A DNA stretch of 64,000 nucleotides from positions 768,001 through 832,000 of the forward strand of contig CAWCYD010000003.1 of the NCBI GenBank assembly GCA_963799775.1, in the 5' to 3' direction. This document shows, piece after piece, positions 19,647 to 30,990 of the stretch. Below the pieces are notes generated by a model, which was not told where the DNA came from, ran no database searches, and saw nothing but the letters and a program-made list of their open reading frames with translations. A program made the translations under genes and the position numbers. The DNA comes from an uncultured archaeon (GTDB lineage: Archaea; Thermoproteota; Nitrososphaeria; Nitrososphaerales; Gagatemarchaeaceae). Numbering within the stretch: the stretch's first letter is position 1; each line of letters begins with the position of its first letter.

Positions 19647-19871
19647 ATGGGATTGAAACTGGTGATTCAGGATGACACGGGCAAGCTCCTAGGGATGGTC
19701 GAGGCGACCTCGCGGGGCAAGGACAGGCCGTTCAGCTCTGGATCGGTCGGGTACTACGTGAACGGCAAGATCTCCGTCCCCTCGGTGGTGGACGGAGAGA
19801 GCAAGACCCATCAGATCAGTTGCAGCGTCGTCGAAGTAGGCACGAAGGGCAAGTTCCAGCCGTCGAAATAG
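19647..19871 (+). CDS. Small beta-rich protein of unknown function
   Basis: 74 aa with its own TATA (GTTATAT about 19616); FSSGSVGYYVNGK ... QISCSVVEVGTK. Confidence 0.7.
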   Translation: MGLKLVIQDDTGKLLGMVEATSRGKDRPFSSGSVGYYVNGKISVPSVVDGESKTHQISCSVVEVGTKGKFQPSK

Positions 19872-19889
19872 GCCCCACGACCTCTGGCC

Positions 19890-20758
19890 TCACTTGGCGT
19901 TCTTGTGGGAGATCCCGAGGGCCTCCCAATAGGCCCCGGGCGTCCCGATGTCTATCCAAGACTCGTCGACCCTGAGTTCCACACCCATCACCTTCTTCCC
20001 GAGCTTAAGCAGCCTCGCGATCCCGTCCGTGAGCTGAAGCTCCCCACCGACGCCGGGACCGGCCTCCTGGATCGCGTCAAAGATGCTGTGCCTGAAGAGG
20101 TAGACCGGGGTGACCGCCAGGTTCGACTTTGGGGACGCGGGCTTCTCCACTATCTCGTCGATCGCGACGACGCCTTTGGAGACCCTCCCTGTGGCGACGC
20201 CGTATTTCCTCGGGTCGACCACCCTCCTCAAGGCCAAGGCGCTCTCCGCCCCGTTCTCGAACGCCGAGAGGAGGCGCCTTAGGTGCCCGTAGTTGACAGC
20301 GTAGACGTATGCGTCTCCTGCGTGGACCAGAAAGGGTCCTCGCCCGCGAAGACCCTCGCTTGGAGGACCGCGTGCCCGAACCCCAGGGGGACAGGTTGGT
20401 TCACCCACATGATGCTCGCCTGGTCCACTCGCCTATAGAACCTCTCGAGGGCGGAGGCTATCGCGGATGACGAGGCGGGAGAGGCTTCTCGGGCCGTGAG
20501 CCTCCTGAGGTAGTCCTCGTCAGGCGTGAAGTGGTCCTCGATGGCCCGCTTTCCCCGTCCAACGACGAAGAGGAACTCCCTTATCCCAAAGTCGAAGAGC
20601 TGCTCGAAGACGAGCTGGACCAGGGGCTTGATGCAAAGCTCCCCTCCTTCGCTGGCGAAGATCGGCAGCATCTCCTTGGGCTGGACCTTGGTGGCGGTGA
20701 GTAGTCTAGTGCCTAGCCCCGCGACAGGGATGACAGCCTTGATGTCCTTGGCTTTCAT
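19890..20758 (-). CDS. UTP--glucose-1-phosphate uridylyltransferase-like NTP transferase, frameshifted
   Basis: VIPVAGLGTRL..ATK.QPKEMLP, Q..PLGFGHAV; YGV, VEKP, GELQLTD, WIDIG in second ORF. Confidence 0.87.
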
Positions 20759-21999
20759 CAGGAACTCGCTCGGCTCGTCTGAGCCTGTTCCATCGGCAAG
20801 AGTGCGAACCTCCTGGTGTCTCCATCGAGCTTCATGATCGAGGCCCGGGAGAGCGATCTCTCTGCGAGTGCGGGAAAGTCGTATCGGCGAGCCGCCTCTA
20901 GGACGACCTGCACGTCCATCCTCGTCCGGGGGTGCCTGCTCACTATCGAGCAGCAGTCCTTGTAGTCAGCGACGGAGTCCTCGTAGGTGCCCATCCTCTC
21001 AGCAAGTTCGACGATCTCGGACTTGTCGTACCCGAGGACCGGCCGGAGCGTCGGCATTGAGCAGCCTGCGTCGATGCACGCAAGGTTGTATAGCGTCTGC
21101 GACGCGACCTGACCCAGGTTGTCTCCGGTCGAGATGGCGAGAGCCGCCACCCTGCGAGCCACCCTCTCCGCGACGACCCTCATGAAGTGCCTGAAGACGA
21201 TGGGCTCGTAGTCCGAGCGGAGGTCCGCGGTCGCTACCTGATACTCCGTGAACGGGACGAGCACGAGAGGCGGTCCGCCGGGGGCGAACTTGGAGAGGGT
21301 CTCGATCAGGCGGGTCATCTTCGTCTCGAGGATCTGCTCAGGCGAAGGAGCGACGTAGAAGTGGAGGTACGTGAGGTCGCAACCGCGTTTCATCATGAGA
21401 TACGCGGCCACAGGAGAGTCGATCCCCCCCGAGAGGAGGTGGACAACCTTCCCCGTGGTCCCGACCGGCAGGCCTCCCGGACCTCTTTCCTTCGAGGTGC
21501 GCAGCAAGATTCTGTCGTCGAGGATGTCCACGGAGAGCGTGACGGCGGGCTTTGTGAGGTCGACCCGGAGCCCCGTCTTTGCAAGGTCGTCTCCCAGGGC
21601 CACGGCCATCTGCTGAGACGACATCTCGAAGCTCTTGTTGGCGCGCCTCGCCGTGACGCGGAATGTCGAGAATCCGGGCGAGTGCTTCAACCTGGACATC
21701 TCGCGGACGGCAAGGTCCCTGGCGGACGCGTAGTCGAGCGGGCTCTCTATCACCTTGGCGGACCACGCGACACCGAAGACCTCCTTGGTCGCTTCCAGTA
21801 CGGGTCGCCAGTCCGGCTCGGCGGACTCGCTGGAGACGATGAGCCGCTGGTCGAGAAGATCGATGGTGAAGCGCCCCAACGGCTCGAGCTTCAAAGCCAG
21901 GTTCCTCTCGAGACGCCTCTCGAAATAGGAGCGGTTGTTCCCTTTTATCCCGATCTCGGCGTAGTGGACGACGACGGAGATCCGAGACTGGTCGAGCAT
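20758..21999 (-). CDS. thiI: tRNA 4-thiouridine synthase ThiI
   Basis: EIGIKGNNR, THUMP region, GGLPVG, LSGGIDSPVA, GQVASQTL, DCC. Confidence 0.93.
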   Translation of the reverse strand: MLDQSRISVVVHYAEIGIKGNNRSYFERRLERNLALKLEPLGRFTIDLLDQRLIVSSESAEPDWRPVLEATKEVFGVAWSAKVIESPLDYASARDLAVREMSRLKHSPGFSTFRVTARRANKSFEMSSQQMAVALGDDLAKTGLRVDLTKPAVTLSVDILDDRILLRTSKERGPGGLPVGTTGKVVHLLSGGIDSPVAAYLMMKRGCDLTYLHFYVAPSPEQILETKMTRLIETLSKFAPGGPPLVLVPFTEYQVATADLRSDYEPIVFRHFMRVVAERVARRVAALAISTGDNLGQVASQTLYNLACIDAGCSMPTLRPVLGYDKSEIVELAERMGTYEDSVADYKDCCSIVSRHPRTRMDVQVVLEAARRYDFPALAERSLSRASIMKLDGDTRRFALLPMEQAQTSRASS

Positions 22000-22118
22000 C
22001 CCTAGCAGGTGCCCGCCTCGCGTCCGATATAAAGTCGGAGAGGCGGTCGAATGGACCGCAGACGTGAAAACGCAGGCGAAAACCCTTTTTCAAGTGCCTG
22101 GATAGGCGACTGCCGCTC

Positions 22119-24660
22119 ATGGTATCCAAGAGGGTGCCGTATCACATCCCCGGCTCTTCGAGGCATCCTCCCCCTGACAAGGAGTTCCATGCCGGACACA
22201 TCGGCATCCAGCTCAAGGTCGAACTTGAGAAGAAGCGGATAAGCGGAGCTTGCAGGACGAAGCTCACGCCGCTTCGAGAGGGGATCGGGACGATCCATCT
22301 GGACGCACGGGACATGCACATCCAGGGCGTGACCCTGGACGGCGTCAAGGCCCAGTTCGAGCACGACGGCAAGATCCTGGCCGTCTCCGTCCCTGGATCC
22401 CTCGCTCTCGCTAGCCACGAACTGAGGGTGGACTACTCGGCTGAGCCGAAGCAAGGCCTATACTTCGTCTCTCCCGACGACGAGTTCAGAGACAAGCCGA
22501 TCCAAGCCTGGACGCAAGGCGAACCCGAGTTCTCGAGGTACTGGTATCCTTGCCACGACCACCCCGACGACAAGTCGACGTCCGAGATGACGATCACGGT
22601 CCCCGACGGATTCATCGTCGTCTCCAACGGCAGGCTGGAATCGGAGAACAAGGAGGGCGGTTGGACCACATATCGCTGGAAGGAGGAGTGTCCCCCACTC
22701 CAACTACCTCAACTCGTTCGTCGTCGGCAAGTTCGGCGTGATCGAACAAGCGGCCGAGGGAGTCCCTCTGCAGTATTACTTCCCAGAGTCGAAGAGAGGA
22801 GACGCCCTGCGGCTCTTCGGGCAGACGCCCGAGATGCTCAAGGTCTTCGAGTCCCTCACGAGGACAAAGTACCCGTTCGAGAAGTACTCGCAGATTGCCG
22901 TGCACGACTTCCTGATAGGCGGCATGGAGAACGTCAGCGCCACCACGCTCACCGACACAAGGTTCCCCGACGCTAGGTCGGAGGAGGACTACTCCGGGAG
23001 GTACTCAAGGCCGGACAGGAATCACATCGAGCTCGTGGCGCACGAACTGGCCCACATGTGGTTCGGAGACCTGGTGACGGCGAAGCACTGGCCGCACCTC
23101 TGGCTCAACGAGGGCTTCGCGACGTACTTCCAGGCTCTCTACACGAGAGAGGAACTCGGCGAGGACGAGTTCCGGCACGACATGCTAGCAAAGGCGGAGA
23201 CCTACTTCGACGAGGACGAGAACATGTACAGGAGGGCCATCGTGGACGACGTCTACGTCTACTCGGACGACGTGTTCGACGCCTGTGCCTATGAGAAAGC
23301 CGCCTGGATGATACACCAGTTGCGATACATCATGGGAGACGAGGTCTTCTTCGACGCGACCAGCGAGTACCTCAGGCGCTTTTCACGGGCAAACGTTGAC
23401 ACCCACGACTACATGAGAGTCGTCGAGGAGAAGAGCGGCCTCTCGCTGGAGCTGTACTTCGAGCAAGCGTTCTACAGGGGCGGTCACCCGGAGTTCGAAG
23501 TGAGCTACTCTTGGGACGAGTCTAGCCACTCGGCAGAGGTCCATCGTGAAACAGACCCAGCAGGTCGACGATGTCACGCCGGTGTTCTCCCTGCCATGCG
23601 ACCTGACGTTCTACATCCCCGGAGCCGTAGGCGCGGTGAAGAACGGCGGGAGGCTCTTGAGACGGGTACGGCTCGACTCGCGTGAGCAGAGGTTCACGTT
23701 CGAGTTGCCCTCCAAGCCCACGATCGTCGAGTTCGACCCCGAGGAGAACCTTCTGAAGAAGGTGAAGTTCGAGAAGCCGGTCTCGATGCTTCTCAGCCAG
23801 CTCGAAGCGAGCGTCGACGCATCCAGCAGGAGAAGGGCGGCGGAGGCCCTGTCGGGCTTCCGCTCGTTCGATGTGGTCCAGGCCCTCGAGAGGGCCGCCA
23901 AGCTGGAGGAGCAGCACTTCTCTGTGCGCTCCGAGGGGGCCAAATCCCTCGGAAAGATCGGGAGCAGGGAGGCGCTCGAGGCGCTCTTGGGCCTGACTGC
24001 GGTGAGGAACAGGAGGGTCAGGAGGGCGGTGGTCGCTGCGTTGGGAGAGTTCAAGGGAGAAGAGCGGCTTGCGGGACCGCTGAAGGACGCCCTGAGGAAA
24101 GACGAGAGCCCATACGTCCAGTGCGAGGCGGCGGTCTCCTATGGGAAGGCAAAACTCAGGGACGCGTACGAGGTCATAACCTCCGCCGTAGGCTCGCCTT
24201 CTCCGGAGGAGGCGATAACAGAAGCCTGTTTGGAGGCGTTGGGATACGTGAGGGACCAGAGGACCAGGGGGTTCCTCAGGGGGTACCTGCCCTACGGCAA
24301 CCCGCTGAGGGCCAGGGTGGGCGCCTTGAAGGGGCTCTCGCGCCTCGGCTGGCTCGAGGAAGAAGAAGTGGCGACGCTCAAGGAGTTGCTCAAGCAAGAC
24401 AAGGAGTTCACGGTCCGGGCCGAGGTGCTCGAGATGGCTGCCGAGCTCCTGGACAGGCGGTTCCTCGAAGTCGTCAAGGAGGCGGCTGAGAGAGACATCG
24501 ACCCCAGGGCACGAAGGAGAGCGATGGAGGTCGCGCTCAGACTCGAGGACGCGAAAAGCGTGGAGGTCGCGCTGGCCCATGTCAGGGAGGAGCCATCGAG
24601 CGCGTGAGGGACGAGAACAGGGAGCTCAGGGAGAGGTTCTCAAGCAAGAACATGTCCTGA
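22119..24660 (+). CDS. M1 family aminopeptidase with C-terminal HEAT repeats, several frameshifts
   Basis: WTQGE, GGMEN, HELAH-x18-E (WLNEGFA), YEK across ORFs 22119, 22738 and 23546. Confidence 0.88.
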
Positions 24661-24675
24661 TCCGGAAGCCGCACC

Positions 24676-25359
24676 CTAGAGACTCGGGAGGAGCGTCTCC
24701 AGCTCGTGAAGCGAGCCAAGGACGAAGTCTGGCTGGAGCTTGCGGAGGGAACCGAGGTCGTGTTTCCCGGTCGCCACGGACGCTATCCGTATCCCCGCCG
24801 CCCTTGACGCCATGACGTCTGTCGGACTGTCGCCCACGTAGAGGACCTCCCTTCGGTCCAATCCGAGCCTCGCAATGGCCGTGGTGATGCCCTCAGGACG
24901 AGGCTTCATTACAGGGAGGTCGTCTCGCGTGAAGGAGGCCCCGAAATACTTCTTGAACCCGAGGTTCTCCATCGCGTACTTCGTCGCCGCCCTGCCGCTG
25001 TTCGTCAGTAGCGAGAGCGTCAGAGGCACCCCTCCTTCGCCGCTGAGCCTCGAAAGGATGGCCTCCGCCCCTGGGAGAAGCCTCGAGTGCCGTATCCACC
25101 CCACCTCCAGAGCGTCGAGCGCCTGGAAGGTGCGCGCCCTCACGCTGTCATAGCTCTGCTTCACCAGCCCTGCATCGATCTGCGACTTCGCCAGGTCGAG
25201 GATTTCTTGGACGTAGAGTCCCTTTGTGTTCGATTCGATGAGGTCCATCCTGAAGCCGCTTCTCTTGAGCTCGTTCGCTATCTCCCGACGGAAGACCGTC
25301 CCATCGACGTGGAGCGTGATGAGGGTCCCGTCGAGGTCGAAGATCAGTCCTTTGAGCAT
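24676..25359 (-). CDS. HAD family hydrolase (phosphoglycolate phosphatase-like)
   Basis: FDLDGTL, LTN, KPRP, VGDSPTD. Confidence 0.88.
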   Translation of the reverse strand: MLKGLIFDLDGTLITLHVDGTVFRREIANELKRSGFRMDLIESNTKGLYVQEILDLAKSQIDAGLVKQSYDSVRARTFQALDALEVGWIRHSRLLPGAEAILSRLSGEGGVPLTLSLLTNSGRAATKYAMENLGFKKYFGASFTRDDLPVMKPRPEGITTAIARLGLDRREVLYVGDSPTDVMASRAAGIRIASVATGKHDLGSLRKLQPDFVLGSLHELETLLPSL

Positions 25360-25404
25360 CTTTTGACGACCCGTGGACGCATGTATCTAGGTAAGCTTTT
25401 TTCG

Positions 25405-25536
25405 TCAGATCTTGCCCTTTGCGAAGAGTATCAGGATCGCCGCGCCCGCCAGGCCAAGAGCTATCGCGAGAATCACGATAGGCTGGGAGATGTCTGACTG
25501 CGACACCAACGGGGAGAGGTGCTGGAACGAGACCAT
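25405..25536 (-). CDS. 43-aa single-TM microprotein (not in ORF track)
   Basis: MVSFQHLSPLVSQSDISQPIVILAIALGLAGAAILILFAKGKI; TATA-like element about 25567. Confidence 0.55.
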   Translation of the reverse strand: MVSFQHLSPLVSQSDISQPIVILAIALGLAGAAILILFAKGKI

Positions 25537-25575
25537 GCGTCCTGACCGCTTGTTCCCATTGGGCCACTTAAATAT

Positions 25576-26919
25576 TTGCAAGGGCTTCCGAGGAACGTGG
25601 CGCGCGTCTCCATCCTAGGAGGCCTGGGTGAGATCGGGGGGAACAAGATACTGGTGGAGGACAAGGACGCCCGCATCATGCTCGACTTTGGGATGTCGAT
25701 ATCACAGAGGGCCAGGTTCTTCTCAGACCCTTACGTCTCGCCGAGGCGGGCCGAGAGCCTGCTCAGCCTCGGGATAATCCCGAAGGTAGAGGGCGTGTAC
25801 GCGTGGGAGGAAGGGGAGGAGAAGATCGACGCAGTCTTCCTGAGCCACGCCCACCTCGACCACTATGGCTACCTCTCGATGGTCAGAAAGGACGTCCCCG
25901 TGCTCTGCGGGGAGACTACTGAGAGGCTCATGTCCGCCATCACGGAGACGAGGCGCGCGTCGTTCGAGACAGACTACCGTGGCATCCAGTACAAGACCTT
26001 CAGGAGCGGCGCATCGGTGAAGGTCGGTAGCATCACGCTGCGACCCATCCATGTCGACCACAGCATACCAGGGGCGTACGGCGCGGTAGTCGAGACCTCG
26101 ACGGGGTCTTTGGTCTACACGGGCGACCTCAGGGCCCACGGCCGTGCTTCGCACTTGACCAAGGATTTCGCGCAGGCCGCAGCAGAGAGCGACGCGAACC
26201 TTCTGCTGACCGAGGCGACGAACATGGTGGGAGGCTCGGTCTCGACGGAGGAAGAGGTGGCGAGGAAGCTGGAGATGGTGATCCCTGAGGCCAAGGGGCT
26301 GGTGATGGCGAGCTTCTCGGGCATAGACACAGACAGGGTCACCTCCTTCCACAAGGCAGCGGTGGCCGCCGACCGGAAGCTGGCGATAACCGTCAAGCAG
26401 GCCTACCTGCTCTCGAAGCTAGAAGGGGTGAGCCTGAGCGAAGGGCTCCCGAAACTGAGCCAGGGAGGCGTCGTGATATTCAGGCGAAACAAGAAGAGAT
26501 ACGACAAGTGGGAGGAGGAGGTCTCGAAAAAGGCCGAGGTCATCGGCGCCGAGGATCTTACCAAGTCTCCGAAGACCTATGTGGTCGCCACCTCGCTCTC
26601 AGACATGGAGGGCATGGTCGGGATAAAGCCGAGCTCGGGGAGCGTCTACATCCTGTCCTCTTCAGAGCCGTACAACGAGGAGATGGAGCTCGACATGCAG
26701 AGGCTGATAGAGTGGCTCGACTTCTACGGGATGCCGCTCTATCACATACACGTCTCCGGGCACATAATGCCGCAGCAGCTTCGTAGCCTCGTCGGGAGCA
26801 TAGGAGCGAAGAGAGTGGCACCTATCCACACGGAGCATCCGGAGCTCTTCCTGAAGTTCGGCCTGGACGACAAGGGCGAAGGGGTGCTGCCCGTGAAGAA
26901 CCAGTGGTTGGAGATCTAG
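25576..26919 (+). CDS. RNase J-like MBL/beta-CASP hydrolase
   Basis: GGLGEIGGN, SHAHLDH, DHSIP, YTGD, HVSGH, PIHTE. Confidence 0.88.
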   Translation: MQGLPRNVARVSILGGLGEIGGNKILVEDKDARIMLDFGMSISQRARFFSDPYVSPRRAESLLSLGIIPKVEGVYAWEEGEEKIDAVFLSHAHLDHYGYLSMVRKDVPVLCGETTERLMSAITETRRASFETDYRGIQYKTFRSGASVKVGSITLRPIHVDHSIPGAYGAVVETSTGSLVYTGDLRAHGRASHLTKDFAQAAAESDANLLLTEATNMVGGSVSTEEEVARKLEMVIPEAKGLVMASFSGIDTDRVTSFHKAAVAADRKLAITVKQAYLLSKLEGVSLSEGLPKLSQGGVVIFRRNKKRYDKWEEEVSKKAEVIGAEDLTKSPKTYVVATSLSDMEGMVGIKPSSGSVYILSSSEPYNEEMELDMQRLIEWLDFYGMPLYHIHVSGHIMPQQLRSLVGSIGAKRVAPIHTEHPELFLKFGLDDKGEGVLPVKNQWLEI

Positions 26920-26967
26920 AGGGAAGACAGCAAGGTAGAAATAACGTAACCAGGAGTTCGCCCAGGG

Positions 26968-28442
26968 ATGGCGCGCGGCGGCGGACGGTCGTCCCTACCC
27001 CAGGAACAGAAGGGCCTGGCCGACTACTGCGTCCGAGAAGCGCTCAAGCTGGGAGCGCAATACGCGGAGGCGCGCATCCACGGCGGGACGGGCACCGGGT
27101 TCATGCTAAAGAACGGGGAGCCCCAGCCTTCGGTCATCGACGACAGTTTTGGCATCGCCACGAGGATCATAGTCGGCGGGGCGATGGGCTTCAGCGCGAC
27201 GAACCTTCTCTCTCGAGAGAAGGTGAGGGACATGACCGCCCGGAGCATCAAGATGGCGAAGGCGTCCTCGAGGCTCGTCAAGGAGCCCATCTCCATGGGG
27301 GAAGTCAACTCGGTCTCCAGGAAGGTGAGGGTATCCGAGAAAGAGCCGATAGAGGGGGCGGACCCCAACTGGCTCAAGTCCCTCCTCTTAGAGATTGACA
27401 AGAGGGTCGTGGGGACGCAGAGCGGGGGCGTGAAGGTCCCCGAACAGGATCATGGCCGCCGCAGCGGCGGTCGAGGAGAAGTACATCGTCACGAGCGACG
27501 GGGCGAAGGTCGAGAGCAGGGTCCACCAGGTTCAACTTCTTCGCCGTGCTCACCGCCTTGAAGGGGGGAGAGACGGCCCAGAGGGTGATCCAGCAGGGAG
27601 AGACTGGAGGTCTGGAGATAGTCAAGAGGATAAGGCTCCTCGAGCTCGTCGAGGCCGAGGCCGAGACCTTGGTCGAGGTCGTCGGGACCGCAGAGAAATC
27701 GCCGTCGGGGATAATGGACGTGGTCCTCTCCCCTGAGCTGTCCGGCATCGCGGCCCACGAGTCCGTCGGGCACCCGCAGGAGGCGGACAGGATCCTCGGC
27801 AGGGAAGGGGCGCAAGCAGGCGAGTCGTACCTGTCCAAAGATAGCCTGGGCACCAAGATCGGCAGCAAGGAGGCGAACGTGAGCGACGACCCGACCCTTC
27901 CGCACTCCAACGGCTACGTCCCCGTGGACGACGAGGGAGTCGTGTCCAGGAAGCGACGTCTGATAGTCGGTGGGAGGATAAACGAGTTCCTCCAGAACAG
28001 GGCCACCTCGTCCCTGCTCGGGGTAGAGGACAACGGCTCGTCCCGGTCGTCCGGGTTCGACAGGGAACCGATAATCAGGATGTCCAACACTTTCGTGGAG
28101 CCCGGAGACTACTCCACCACCGAGGAGCTGATCAGGGAGGTCAGCGACGGGATATACATCAAGTCGTTCACGGAGTGGAACATCGACGACAAGCGCCTCA
28201 ACCAGAGGTATACGGGCCTGGAGGCGTACCGCATCGAGCGAGGCGAGGCGACACACCTCATCAGGGCACCCGTCCTCGAGATAACGACGCCTGCCCTCTG
28301 GGGGAGCGTCAAAGGAAGGAGCAAGAGGCTCGAGTTCGAGGCAGCGTCCTGCGGCAAGGGAGACCCGATGCAGGGGATACCCGTCTGGACGGGTGGGCCG
28401 GACACCTTGCTGGCAAACGTGAGGATCATGGGTGGCGGGTGA
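26968..28442 (+). CDS. tldD: TldD metalloprotease, frameshifted
   Basis: HESVGHPQEAD, DDEG, RMSNT, CGKGDPMQ. Confidence 0.9.
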
Positions 28443-29818
28443 GCGGGTCGGCCAAGATGATGGGCGCGGACGAGTCGAACGAGTTCGCCCTGGCCGTCGC
28501 GAAGAAGCTGGGCGTGGACGAGGCCATCCTGATCACGTCGATCTCCGACGAGACGATGGCAAGGTTCGCGAACAGCTCCGTCACAGTCACGAAGAACGTG
28601 AGCGAGAGCGGACAGATGGTCTACCTCGCCAAAGGCGGGAGGAGGATAATCGGGAGCTCCTCCAACCCGGAGAAGGCGAGCCTCGAGAGGTTCATCGGTC
28701 TCCTCTACAAGAGCCTGCTGAGCCTTCCAAGAGACCCTGGCTACGTCGCATTGCCTGCGAAGGGACGGCCGTACAGGTCGGGCAACGGCTACGACAATAA
28801 GCTGGAGAACCCGGAGGGCCTGGTCCCTGGTTTCGTGGCGGATGCGATCCGCGCGGCGGAGTCCGCCGGGGCTGCGAGGAGCGCAGGAAGCCTGGAAGCA
28901 GGGGTGACCTCCCACCACATCGCTTCCTCGACAGGGACGGTCGGGAGCGACACGAGCTCCAAGATACTGCTCAACATAAGGGCGTTCACAGACAAAGAGG
29001 CGAGCGGCCACGGCCTCTCTTGCTCCGCCACGGTGAAGGGCTTCGACCCCAGGAAGGCGGGAGAAAAGGCGGGGTCCAACTCCAAGAGGATGAGGAACGC
29101 CAAGCAGCTCAGGGAGGAGGGCCAGACCTACAGCGTGCTCATGAGCCCTACCGTCGCAGCCAACCTCATCGGGCTCGTGGGAGAGTTCACGTCGGCGTTC
29201 TCTGTAGAGGCGGGGACGTCCTACCTCGTGGGAAAGCTCGGGAAGAAGGTCGCCTCGACGTCCCTCGGGTTGAAGGACGTCGCGAGAGGCGACGGTTGTC
29301 TCCAGGCGCGCACATTCGACGACGAGGGCCAGCCGACTCAGACGACGGCGCTCATCGAGGACGGCGTGCTCAGGAACTACCTGCACAACCTATCCACGGC
29401 GAAGAGGTTCAAGACGAAGACCACGGGAAACGCGGGGATAATAGACCCGGGACCCTGGAACCTCGAGGTCTCTGCCGGGGACTCGAGCTACGACGAGATG
29501 GTCAAGGAGATGGAGAGCGGCATAATCCTCACAAGCAACTGGTACACGCGGTTCAAGAACTATCGGACGGGCGAGTTCTCGACGGTGCCCCGGGACGGGA
29601 CGTACCTCGTCCAGGGGGGCGAGATAGCCGCGCCGATAAAGGGGATAAGGGTGAGCGACAGCCTGGAGAGGATGTTCTCCTCGATAAGGCTGCTCTCGAA
29701 GGGGAGGGAGTGGGTCCAGTGGTGGGAGGTGGATACCCCGACCCTCTGTCCTTGGGTGCTCGTGGACGGCGTGACCGTCACAAAGGCCTACGGCGGGGTC
29801 GCGGCTCCCGCCGGATAG
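28439..29818 (+). CDS. pmbA: PmbA/TldE partner subunit
   Basis: RFANS, FDDEG, TGNAG, WYTRF; no HExxxH. Confidence 0.88.
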   Translation: MSGSAKMMGADESNEFALAVAKKLGVDEAILITSISDETMARFANSSVTVTKNVSESGQMVYLAKGGRRIIGSSSNPEKASLERFIGLLYKSLLSLPRDPGYVALPAKGRPYRSGNGYDNKLENPEGLVPGFVADAIRAAESAGAARSAGSLEAGVTSHHIASSTGTVGSDTSSKILLNIRAFTDKEASGHGLSCSATVKGFDPRKAGEKAGSNSKRMRNAKQLREEGQTYSVLMSPTVAANLIGLVGEFTSAFSVEAGTSYLVGKLGKKVASTSLGLKDVARGDGCLQARTFDDEGQPTQTTALIEDGVLRNYLHNLSTAKRFKTKTTGNAGIIDPGPWNLEVSAGDSSYDEMVKEMESGIILTSNWYTRFKNYRTGEFSTVPRDGTYLVQGGEIAAPIKGIRVSDSLERMFSSIRLLSKGREWVQWWEVDTPTLCPWVLVDGVTVTKAYGGVAAPAG

Positions 29819-29841
29819 GGATCCCTTCCGGGGAAGCAGAG

Positions 29842-30390
29842 GTGCCCCTCTAGACGGCGACCAGGAGGAACCAGCTCAGAGGTCTCTGGCCCTCGATCGA
29901 ACGCGAGTTCGCAAGGCAGAGCTCGAGGCTGCTCGTCGTGAAGAGGATGCTCCAGTACGGGGTGAGGGTCACGAAAGAAGGGGGCTTGTACGTGGGAGGA
30001 ATGGAGGTGGACTACTCCGCGCTCGCGAGAGACGTCGGCACCGACAGGAGGGTGGTGAAACAGACGGCGATGAAGATAGCGGCCGACCCCTACCTCTACT
30101 CCATCTTCTCGGGCCTCGTCCCCATAGGGTCCAGCCTCCTGAAGGTCGTCTCGAGCATCGGCTACTCGGCCATCATCATAGAGGCCGACCCGAGGAAGGC
30201 CGGAGTGATCTCGAGCGTGACGGGTGTCCTGGCCAGGCACGGGATAGTTGTGAGGCAGGCGCTGGCAGACGACCCGGACATCGCCAGCGACGCGAACCTG
30301 ACGCTCATCGTCGAGGGCGCCGTAGGCGGGAGCGCGATAGCGGAGCTGGAGACTCTGGACATGGTCCGCGGGATAACGGTCAGGAAGTGA
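29842..30390 (+). CDS. Amino-acid metabolism regulator with ACT domain, N-terminus frameshifted
   Basis: LARDVGTDRRVV HTH-like part; PRKAGVIS...GIVVRQA..DDP ACT part. Confidence 0.75.
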
Positions 30391-30461
30391 GGGCGGCGAC
30401 GAGAGCCGAGGCTCCCGCAGAACCGTTTTTATCCCACGCGACGGCGGCTGCCTGAAACAGC

Positions 30462-30980
30462 TTGAGGTTTCTCGGCGTGGATTCTCCGGACATCGAGTAC
30501 GAGCAGGAGCCCTCCATCGAGAAAGGGAAGGACACCGGAAGGCCTTGGTTCAGGATCCTGGTGGTCGTCGTTCTCGCGGGCGTGATCATAGGATACGCGG
30601 TGTCGGCGAGCTACACGAAGTACCCGTACACCGTGAACGTGAGCGGGACCATAACGTCCCCAGACGGCTCGAGGGTGACGATCGTAGGGTTCGTAGAGTG
30701 CAACGGCTGGACATATCCGAACCAATGCCCGGACCCCGGACAGACGCCGGTGTACGGCTGCGAAGCACCTCCCCAGATGAACCTGACGCTGAACTGCAGC
30801 GACTACGTGTTCGACAACACGCCTGGTCACTACCACGTGTCGCTCAGGAACGGCGAGAACTACGCGATGTCGGCGTACCTGCAGTTCCCGAACACGACGT
30901 TCGACAAGGTCTGCGTCTTCACGGTCACTCTGACGCCAGACACGAGCTCGCGCAACGTGACTCAGAGCTTTACCTGCTAG
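30462..30980 (+). CDS. Membrane-anchored Cys-containing hypothetical protein
   Basis: One TM helix, then a beta-rich domain with 6 Cys and N-x-S/T sequons. Confidence 0.65.
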   Translation: MRFLGVDSPDIEYEQEPSIEKGKDTGRPWFRILVVVVLAGVIIGYAVSASYTKYPYTVNVSGTITSPDGSRVTIVGFVECNGWTYPNQCPDPGQTPVYGCEAPPQMNLTLNCSDYVFDNTPGHYHVSLRNGENYAMSAYLQFPNTTFDKVCVFTVTLTPDTSSRNVTQSFTC

Positions 30981-30990
30981 CGGACCTCTG

